From IMG/VR virus record IMGVR_UViG_3300012078_000003: a stretch of DNA of 56,966 nt; one strand, written 5' to 3'. This DNA is from a virus. The notes beneath the pieces are model-generated. The model saw only the letters and a program-made list of their open reading frames with translations, was not told the DNA's origin and made no database searches. Position 1 is the stretch's first letter. Each line of letters begins with the position of its first letter. Made by a program: the position numbers and the translations under genes. Shown here one piece after another: positions 50,871 through 56,966 of this stretch.

Positions 50871-51464
50871 ATGTCTCAAAAGCTAATCCAACCCGTCAAC
50901 AAAGCAAAGCTCACTGCAAGCTGGAAAACCACAGCATACACAAATAAATTCGGCTATATACATTACGGCGCTGATATGGTATCCACATTAGGAAATCAAA
51001 CCGTATACGCCTCCGGTGACGGTGTGGTGGTGGCTTCTGGCCTCGATAGCGTTGTTGGCAATGTGATTGCCGTTCTTTATTTGGACGCAAAGAATAGCCG
51101 CACAGGTGCCGTGCAAGATATCATTGTGCGTTATTTCCATTTTGATATTCGCAAAGTCAACAAGTGGGATAAGGTTACAAAAGATACCGTACTCGGATTG
51201 TATGGAAGTACCGGACTTGTCGGAACCGGTAAACATTTACATATTGAGGTGGATTCCGACATTGCCTATCCGCTCTACAGCCCTACCGTGCTAAGTTCCA
51301 GCTTGCTACGTGGTCGCACTCTCGGCGCCAACGACAAAACAATGAGCAATCCCATGGAATGGCTATTTTGCAAGACCAGCACACCGGATTTTCAGACGTA
51401 TATCACGACAAATGATGCTTATATCCGAGAAGAAGATAAAATCATAACAATAACTACATTATAA
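50871..51464 (+). CDS. Peptidase M23 (LytM-type) endolysin
   Basis: IHYGADM...GDGVV...GSTGLVGTGKHLHIEV. Confidence 0.8.
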   Translation: MSQKLIQPVNKAKLTASWKTTAYTNKFGYIHYGADMVSTLGNQTVYASGDGVVVASGLDSVVGNVIAVLYLDAKNSRTGAVQDIIVRYFHFDIRKVNKWDKVTKDTVLGLYGSTGLVGTGKHLHIEVDSDIAYPLYSPTVLSSSLLRGRTLGANDKTMSNPMEWLFCKTSTPDFQTYITTNDAYIREEDKIITITTL

Positions 51465-51476
51465 GGAGAGATTATC

Positions 51477-51761
51477 ATGACATCAATCATTCTCATTATC
51501 GTTCTCGCCGTAACCGTTGAGGCGCTTGTCGAGTATGTTAAAACCATTATGGGCGCAGAAAAAAATACAATCATCATCCAGATGGCCGCGCTTGCGGTGT
51601 CCGTTGCCTTGTGCCTGGCAAGCGGCGCGGACTTGTACGCATTTCTTGGCGTGTCATTTGTTTATCCTGAAATCGGCGTTATCTTGACAGGCGTCTTTGC
51701 CTCTCGCGGTGCGAACTATGTGTCCGACCTGATTAAAAAATTACAAAATGTTGGGGCGTAG
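51477..51761 (+). CDS. Holin
   Basis: 94 aa with 2-3 TM segments, adjacent to the endolysin. Confidence 0.75.
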   Translation: MTSIILIIVLAVTVEALVEYVKTIMGAEKNTIIIQMAALAVSVALCLASGADLYAFLGVSFVYPEIGVILTGVFASRGANYVSDLIKKLQNVGA

Positions 51762-51803
51762 GCTTGTATTAATTTGCAAATTTAGATATAATGAGGTGAA
51801 GAT

Positions 51804-52139
51804 ATGGAGCCGCAGGAATTAAGTATCATTGTAGACAGGCTCAGATATGATTTAGAGAAACTAGAGCAGCATAATACTGCGGCTCATGAAAAGATTTACA
51901 GGCGGGTTGAAATCTTGGAGCAGCAATCACCTGTAACCGACCATCAGTTTAGTCAGATCATGGCGGCAATACAGGAAATTAAACTGGATTTGAAGACCTT
52001 CAAGACGGAAATGGAATCCAGAATCAGCGCCATTGAAAAAGCCCCAGCAAAAAAATGGGATCATTTGCAGCAAACGATTGTAGCGTGTATTGCGTCCGGC
52101 ACCATTGGATTTTTCATATCAAAGTTATTCGGAGGTTGA
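51804..52139 (+). CDS. xhlA: XhlA-like protein (coiled coil + C-terminal TM)
   Basis: Coiled-coil N-terminal region. C-terminal IVACIASGTIGFFISKLF. Confidence 0.55.
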   Translation: MEPQELSIIVDRLRYDLEKLEQHNTAAHEKIYRRVEILEQQSPVTDHQFSQIMAAIQEIKLDLKTFKTEMESRISAIEKAPAKKWDHLQQTIVACIASGTIGFFISKLFGG

Positions 52140-52143
52140 TTAA

Positions 52144-52554
52144 TTGGAAAAACTTGATGAACTCGCAAAAGAGATTCAAGCTGTTCAAGGCGGTGTAAAT
52201 GAAGTATTGCGCGACACCCTGGGGGACTATAAGGAGCGCGAGGCTGCAAGAGAGAAGCGTGATGTTCGCCGGGATGTGACCATATGGATGTTAATTATCG
52301 GCATTGTTATCAGTTTCTTGTATTGCCAGTGGTCCCTCAGGGATGCAAGCATCAAGCACCAGGAATCTATTGAGCGGATGGCGACTGAAAACGATATTCG
52401 ATTTAAGGAATTTTTGTCGCAATATGATTTCGAAACCACAACTATAACTGCTGATTCTACGGAGGGCGGCACCGCGCTTGCTAATAATGGTGGTGACTTG
52501 ACAAATGGCCAGAGCCCAAATAGCAATTCGACGGATGACGCGCAAGGACGGTAA
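52144..52554 (+). CDS. Membrane-anchored hypothetical protein (TTG start)
   Basis: TM segment VTIWMLIIGIVISFLY. Confidence 0.6.
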   Translation: MEKLDELAKEIQAVQGGVNEVLRDTLGDYKEREAAREKRDVRRDVTIWMLIIGIVISFLYCQWSLRDASIKHQESIERMATENDIRFKEFLSQYDFETTTITADSTEGGTALANNGGDLTNGQSPNSNSTDDAQGR

Positions 52555-52665
52555 TGCCCAGTATCAAGTGTCCAGCGGTCAAAATGTTACTGTCCAGTAT
52601 TATCCCGAAACCGGAATCCAGCAACAGACAACGCAATATTATAGAAAAATTGAACCAAAATAATT

Positions 52666-52690
52666 AAGCGCCTTTTATTGGGGCGCTTTT
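52666..52690 (+). terminator. Terminator after the lysis module
   Basis: AAGCGCC / GGCGCTT + TTTCT. Confidence 0.75.
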
Positions 52691-52693
52691 CTC

Positions 52694-52978
52694 ATGCTGG
52701 AATTGGAGGTGGTGGAATCGAGCGACCTATCTAAGAAAACGAATCGATTTTTCTTTAACCCTTTCACGCCAAAGAAAGATAAGGAATATATCGCTACAAG
52801 ACTGCAAGATGATAATATCTTTTCCGCTACGGAAGAACAGATAAACATTTTCAGAATGAGATATATAGATGGAAAACCGGTAAACTTCATAGCAGATTTG
52901 ACAGGCTATAGCCCTTCCAAAATCAAGCAGGAACTTGCGACCATCCGGGCCATGCTGGACAAATTGAATATATTATGA
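52694..52978 (+). CDS. Sigma region-4-like HTH protein
   Basis: EEQINIFRMRYIDGKPVNFIADLTGYSPSKIKQEL. Confidence 0.6.
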   Translation: MLELEVVESSDLSKKTNRFFFNPFTPKKDKEYIATRLQDDNIFSATEEQINIFRMRYIDGKPVNFIADLTGYSPSKIKQELATIRAMLDKLNIL

Positions 52979-52982
52979 AGAT

Positions 52983-53016
52983 AGGGGCCGCCTCATTTGA
53001 GGTAGCCCCTTTTTTA
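52983..53016 (+). terminator. Terminator
   Basis: AGGGGC / GCCCCT + TTTTTT. Confidence 0.7.
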
Positions 53017-53040
53017 TTATTTCAGCATTGCCAATGCGAA

Positions 53041-53066
53041 CATGAAAACCCGCCGATTAGGGCGGG
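53041..53066 (-). terminator. Terminator of 53084-53917
   Basis: CCCGCC / GGCGGG followed by TTTTC on the minus strand. Confidence 0.7.
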
Positions 53067-53083
53067 CATCTTATGGCAATTCT

Positions 53084-53917
53084 CTATTTTATAAATTCCT
53101 CCCCATCAAAAATAAGCGATATTATTTCTCCGTCTTTATCAATAGTAAACTGGAATTTACTTCTAATTGTCGCCCCAAAGCTATTTTGAGAATCGACATA
53201 GGATTGGATATATAATAGACCTTCGTTTCTTCCAATATTCCATTCGGAGACGCTGGGAAATTTAGCGGTAGATGGCGATTTAAGTATGCTTTCAATACTT
53301 TTTTGTGCAACTAGTTTGGCATTTGCCTGTTCTTCTGCCGTCATATAGAAATCATAAATACTCCATTTTCGTTCGCCATCCGAATAAAGCGTGATATCTT
53401 TTTGCTTTACATTTATTTCGTCAATGGAATAATCTTTATTTAATGTTAACATTAATTTCACATTATTAAAGGTTGTGCTCATCTCATAAACCTTTCCGCC
53501 CGAATCTAAATCGGAGAAAAACTCCATTTTATCTAATTTATCTAAATCCGCACCACATGTGTATAAGGCAAGCGCAATATCGTCTGCTTGTTCTACTGTA
53601 CATCCGGTAATTTGTGAAATAATTTCCTCTGATGTTTTACTTTCTTCAGATGCACCACTTTCTGAATTTGGCAAAATTTTCTTTGTTGATTGACTGCCAA
53701 TAATGCCGCATATAATACTAAGTCCCACGAAAATAAGAATGGCCATTAAGCAACCTTTGCCTTTTTTCTTCGTTGGCGTCGTTATCGGCTGATATGATGG
53801 TGGTTGCTTTGCCTGATATGTAGTTTCCGATTCCTGATTTATCCCCACACCACAATTGGGGCAAATTTTTGCCTTGTCGCTAATATCCTTTCCACATTCT
53901 GGACATTTAATCAACAT
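53084..53917 (-). CDS. Zinc-ribbon + TM + extracytoplasmic-domain protein (lysogenic-conversion/exclusion candidate)
   Basis: MLIKCPECGKDISDKAKICPNCG, then TM CLMAILIFVGLSIICGIIG. A+T-rich. Own SD and terminator. Confidence 0.8.
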   Translation of the reverse strand: MLIKCPECGKDISDKAKICPNCGVGINQESETTYQAKQPPSYQPITTPTKKKGKGCLMAILIFVGLSIICGIIGSQSTKKILPNSESGASEESKTSEEIISQITGCTVEQADDIALALYTCGADLDKLDKMEFFSDLDSGGKVYEMSTTFNNVKLMLTLNKDYSIDEINVKQKDITLYSDGERKWSIYDFYMTAEEQANAKLVAQKSIESILKSPSTAKFPSVSEWNIGRNEGLLYIQSYVDSQNSFGATIRSKFQFTIDKDGEIISLIFDGEEFIK

Positions 53918-54116
53918 AAATCATCCCTCCTACCCCAAATTCTACCACAAAAACCAAATATTCGCAACATAAAAGGCGGGCCGCTCCGGTGTGGAGTTGT
54001 CCGCCTTATTTTTTTGTCCTTTTCCAGTCCTTTATATGCCGCTTGAATGGCTTAACCATGCCGTTTTGTTCCCGCAGATATCCTATAATTGAATCAGATG
54101 ATAAGGAGGGTTCTCC

Positions 54117-54275
54117 ATGATAGATAAGATGGATAAGGCCCTTGCGGATTTAACGGAGATGGCTATAGACATGGTGGAGAATGCAAAAGCAAAGGGCACG
54201 TTCAATAAAGATTTCATCGAAACTATTTGCATAATTTTCAGCATGAGTTACGGGAGGTTCTCGGATGATAAGTAA
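54117..54275 (+). CDS. Hypothetical protein (52 aa)
   Basis: AAGGAGGG SD then ATG 54117. Confidence 0.5.
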   Translation: MIDKMDKALADLTEMAIDMVENAKAKGTFNKDFIETICIIFSMSYGRFSDDK

Positions 54276-54519
54276 TTTGATACAGCCGCCCAAATCGAAG
54301 AATGCAGCTATTTCCAAAATGGAATCAGTTCAAGATGCTCCCACAGCGTCTACGACCACTCAAAACGCCGCCAGGTTCTTTGTGAACAGCATGGGTGAAG
54401 CGCAGCGTGAACGGTTTAAGGTGATGCTTGCAAGTGGTGTGACTTGCGGAGAATCCATAGCGAAAAGTTATGGTGTGCCGCTAAAAGATTTCATTGCGGA
54501 AGTGCAGAAAATTATATGA
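54265..54519 (+). CDS. Hypothetical protein (84 aa)
   Basis: GGGAGG SD. Track ORF. Confidence 0.6.
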   Translation: MISNLIQPPKSKNAAISKMESVQDAPTASTTTQNAARFFVNSMGEAQRERFKVMLASGVTCGESIAKSYGVPLKDFIAEVQKII

Positions 54520-54677
54520 AGTACACTGACGAAATTCTAAAAACTCAACTCATGCATTGCATGGGATATTCCGCAAGTCAGGCCGAACAGCTAATAGAAA
54601 GATATCGGTGCAATTGTGAGTTGGACGACTTGGTGGCCGCAGTGGAAGAAAAAGAAAAGGCTTGCTCCCGGCTTTGA
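54516..54677 (+). CDS. Hypothetical protein (53 aa)
   Basis: ATGA overlap with the upstream stop. Confidence 0.5.
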   Translation: MKYTDEILKTQLMHCMGYSASQAEQLIERYRCNCELDDLVAAVEEKEKACSRL

Positions 54678-54765
54678 CCGGTTGCAGATATAAGACTGTA
54701 GGTGTAGGTGCGCTACACCGCATCTATGCCTATAGTCTAATTTTATTGAAAGGTGTAGATTTCAT

Positions 54766-55293
54766 ATGGCAGATTACTTTAGCCCGAATGGTAGCCCCTA
54801 TCCATATGGATATCAAAAACAATATCCCACACGGGTAATTAGCGGTCAGGACATCTTGGAACTGAACGGCGAGCAACAACAAACGCTTATAGGCCATACT
54901 TTGGCTTATTGCAATGAACTTGAATCAGCATTAAATGAAGCCGTATCAACAGCAGAAAAGCATTATAAGCGACGTGTTGAAATAGGCGATATCGTGCCTC
55001 CTAAATCCGCAGAAGAATTGCTACAGGAGCAAGCAGCCGCACAGCAGGAAGTGAATGCAACTTTATTGAAAACCATCCAGGCGTTGTCTGAAAAAGAAGA
55101 ACTAATGCAAAAACGGACAACGCAACAGGATGAAGTAAATGCAACCTTATTATCTACCATTCAAAAATTATCAGATAAGATAGACCGGATGGAAAAGGAG
55201 GATAATTATGCCGGATTTAGCGCAGATAGCAATGACAGCAGTGAAAGCAGTTCGACCGGACATAGCGGAAAAAGCGGAAAAGGAACTAAATAA
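54766..55293 (+). CDS. Coiled-coil protein with internal 18-aa repeat
   Basis: QQEVNATLLKTIQALSEK / QDEVNATLLSTIQKLSDK. Confidence 0.65.
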   Translation: MADYFSPNGSPYPYGYQKQYPTRVISGQDILELNGEQQQTLIGHTLAYCNELESALNEAVSTAEKHYKRRVEIGDIVPPKSAEELLQEQAAAQQEVNATLLKTIQALSEKEELMQKRTTQQDEVNATLLSTIQKLSDKIDRMEKEDNYAGFSADSNDSSESSSTGHSGKSGKGTK

Positions 55294-55552
55294 TTATACT
55301 GCTGATCGGGACGGGTTGCAAAGGTTGATTAAAGATAAAGGCGGCGAAGCTTTTTTAAATAGCGCGGTTAACTTCGCCAATAACGCGCCGAGAGTAAGAG
55401 CAATGTTTGACAAGTTTGGAATCAAGCCTGAAGCCTTAAAGGATAATGTCATGAAAGAATTGCAAAACTCACAGTCCCGGTCTGCATCAGTTGGAAACTC
55501 TTCCGTAAATCCCGCGTCCTCTTCTCTGGAAAGATTGAAAAAACTTCGGTAA
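55208..55552 (+). CDS. Hypothetical protein (114 aa)
   Basis: Strong AAGGAGG SD 7 nt before the ATG. Overlaps the 3' end of the upstream ORF by 86 nt. Confidence 0.6.
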   Translation: MPDLAQIAMTAVKAVRPDIAEKAEKELNNYTADRDGLQRLIKDKGGEAFLNSAVNFANNAPRVRAMFDKFGIKPEALKDNVMKELQNSQSRSASVGNSSVNPASSSLERLKKLR

Positions 55553-56014
55553 TTATTTGCCCCGATATTTGACTTCTGCTTCTTTGCGAGCGGTTATCGC
55601 ATCTTCTAAATTAGAAAAATATCCTAGATGAATCCGTTTTTTGTTTTCCCAGAGATATGCATGCCATCTTCCCGTTCGCTTATGCAACGAAATTCCTACG
55701 TATCCAGATGTATTATCGTTTCTCATTCCTCTATTTTTGCTTTGTTCTGCAACTGTAACCCACCGACAATTTTCTGGATTATAATTGCCATTACTATCTA
55801 TCCTGTCTATTGTTAATTTATCTTGATATCCATTCGCCATAGCCCAATTATAGAATGCTTTAAAATCATTTATCCAAACACTATCGACTTCGATTCCTTT
55901 TCCACCATAGTTTTCATATTCTGTTGCCTTTTTATTCATGCAACGCCGTTTCATGTTATCCCATATGGTATATAACCTTGTGTCTCTTTTCCCGTGCTTA
56001 ATATAGCTTCTCAT
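55553..56014 (-). CDS. HNH-like endonuclease with AP2 domain
   Basis: YGGKGIEV...[27 protein letters not shown], then [19 protein letters not shown]...[15 protein letters not shown]. Confidence 0.85.
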   Translation of the reverse strand: MRSYIKHGKRDTRLYTIWDNMKRRCMNKKATEYENYGGKGIEVDSVWINDFKAFYNWAMANGYQDKLTIDRIDSNGNYNPENCRWVTVAEQSKNRGMRNDNTSGYVGISLHKRTGRWHAYLWENKKRIHLGYFSNLEDAITARKEAEVKYRGK

Positions 56015-56126
56015 GAAAATCTCCTTTTATATTTATAATATCATACCTTACGTCTTAAATCAATAGTTTCGCTACAATACGCATATTGCGTTTGTATAAA
56101 TATTTCTTTAGAAAGGAGAGATTATT

Positions 56127-56687
56127 TTGGCAAGTTATCAGGTAGAAAATGACATCGTAGGTGGTAGCGGTTTCGGTGGCTTTGGCGGTTTCGGAGGCGG
56201 CTGCGGTCTTCTGGTCGTACTTTTGATTCTGTTCGCGGTTTTTAGCGGCGGCGGGCTCTTTGGCCGGCATGACGGACACGGCAGAGATCATGACAGGGAC
56301 TTCGACGAACTGCGTAGTCGGTTCACTAGTCCGTGTTGCTGCGTAAGCAACTGCCAGATCGACAAGGACGTAGTCACCTCCCGTGACGCCGGTATTCTGG
56401 AGCAGCACAAGATTCTGGAACAGAACCTTGAGCGCAAGCTGATCGAGCGGGATATGATTATCCAAGAGCAGAAGAACCAGCTCTTTGTCGGTGGCATGTT
56501 CGCAGAGCTTCAGGAAAAACTGAACTGCAAGTTCAATGCTATCGAAGAGCAGCTTGACCGCAAGCCCAATGCAGTGCCGCATTTTGCAAAGACTGTGGAT
56601 GCTTGTGTCCAGCCGCAAATGAACTGCTTTGATCGGTTCCGCGAGCGTGATGGAAGACGCGACCGCGATGATTGTTGCTTCTGCTAA
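56127..56687 (+). CDS. Gly-rich/TM N-terminus (YjcZ-like) + coiled coil + Cys-rich C-terminus protein
   Basis: AAAGGAGAG SD + TTG. GGSGFGGFGGFGGGCGLLVVLLILFAVF; CCC mid-region; C-terminal DDCCFC. Confidence 0.65.
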   Translation: MASYQVENDIVGGSGFGGFGGFGGGCGLLVVLLILFAVFSGGGLFGRHDGHGRDHDRDFDELRSRFTSPCCCVSNCQIDKDVVTSRDAGILEQHKILEQNLERKLIERDMIIQEQKNQLFVGGMFAELQEKLNCKFNAIEEQLDRKPNAVPHFAKTVDACVQPQMNCFDRFRERDGRRDRDDCCFC

Positions 56688-56706
56688 ACCATCTCTCAAT
56701 TCTTCG

Positions 56707-56747
56707 TTAGCCGCCTTTTCGTAAAAGGCCGCATGCAGGGCGGCTAA
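56707..56747 (+). other. Large nested hairpin between cargo genes (terminator/attenuator candidate)
   Basis: TTAGCCGCC / GGCGGCTAA enclosing CCTTTT / AAAAGG. T-run 9 nt downstream. Confidence 0.5.
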
Positions 56748-56777
56748 TGTCGCTCTGTTTTTTATGAGGTGATATAA

Positions 56778-56966
56778 ATGATACCATTACAGGCCGTTGC
56801 GTTGATTTATGCTGGCATGTTATTGGAAAGCCCAACCCGCAGGGAACAATTCACAAAATTCTTAAATGGCGCAGGTGCGGAAGTAGAAAAAATGGTGGGC
56901 AATTTTACAAGTAAGGGCGGTGTGGCTAAAAATGATACAGCCGCCGCAGAGGAACCAACCGAATTC
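56778..56966 (+). CDS. Small protein whose ORF crosses the circular junction (stop at 127-129)
   Basis: GAGGTGA SD then ATG 56778. The frame continues through the repeat to TGA at 127-129 (64 aa). Confidence 0.55.
   Translation, partial: MIPLQAVALIYAGMLLESPTRREQFTKFLNGAGAEVEKMVGNFTSKGGVAKNDTAAAEEPTEF
56844..56966 (+). repeat. Terminal direct repeat identical to 1-123
   Basis: Base-by-base identity. Confidence 0.95.

Larger units (their letters stand above)
1..56966. mobile_element. Complete temperate phage genome on a circularly closed contig (lysogeny, early/recombination-replication, packaging, head, Xkd/PBSX-type contractile tail, lysis, accessory cargo)
   Basis: All canonical modules are present in order. 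A tyrosine integrase lies next to a tRNA-fragment attP. First and last 123 nt are identical. Confidence 0.9.

Noticed and set aside
56055-56699. 214-aa minus-strand ORF as the real gene at this locus
   Set aside because: It has no SD and its start is buried in the promoter/leader of the + gene. The + strand ORF has AAAGGAGAG + TTG, a TM segment and a coiled coil. This is likely an antisense shadow ORF, but it should be confirmed computationally.
1-56966. Diversity-generating retroelement, retron, or other reverse-transcriptase-based system; also CBASS, restriction-modification or Gabija-type large defence genes
   Set aside because: No ORF shows RT motifs (YxDD) or is large enough with ATPase/nuclease signatures. 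The only methyltransferase (Dam-like, 20755-21450) has no adjacent restriction endonuclease candidate.

Overview
This window is one complete temperate phage genome on a circularly closed contig: the first 123 nt are identical to the last 123 nt. Strong AGGAGG-type SD sequences, frequent TTG/GTG starts, a PBSX/Xkd-like contractile tail and sporulation-like cargo point to a Firmicutes/Clostridia-type host.

Layout:
- 56127 -> 1779 (across the junction): + strand cargo operon of Cys-rich and membrane proteins.
- 1829-6111: leftward operon of about 11 tiny ORFs, interrupted by a solo tnpB IS element, under an HTH/palindrome control region (6112-6577).
- 6600-6850: attP, made of the 3' part of a tRNA-Gln flanked by five GTGTCCA arm repeats.
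- 6854-9684: integrase, two XRE-type repressors and a divergent-promoter/operator switch with a Cro-like gene.
- 9695-23630: early region. It holds a MazF-Rha-KilAC fusion, Xis-like HTHs, an SLT domain protein, a PD-(D/E)XK exonuclease, an annealing-protein candidate, a DnaD-like replication protein, a disrupted RusA-like gene, a Dam methylase, many small Zn-ribbon ORFs and a sigma-like late regulator.
- 23640-24895: a 1.25-kb ORF-free, helix-dense gap, a candidate large structured RNA.
- 24910-50869: packaging, head and Xkd-type tail genes, punctuated by self-contained accessory cassettes. These include an RNA-ligase-like gene, an HTH-controlled two-gene cassette, a Cse60-like gene, an HNH-AP2 nuclease and a small-ORF island.
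- 50871-52554: lysis genes (M23 endolysin, holin, XhlA-like).
- 52694-56014: post-lysis accessory genes.

All family assignments come from motifs read by eye and from memory. No searches or computations were run, and start codons were chosen from SD spacing.
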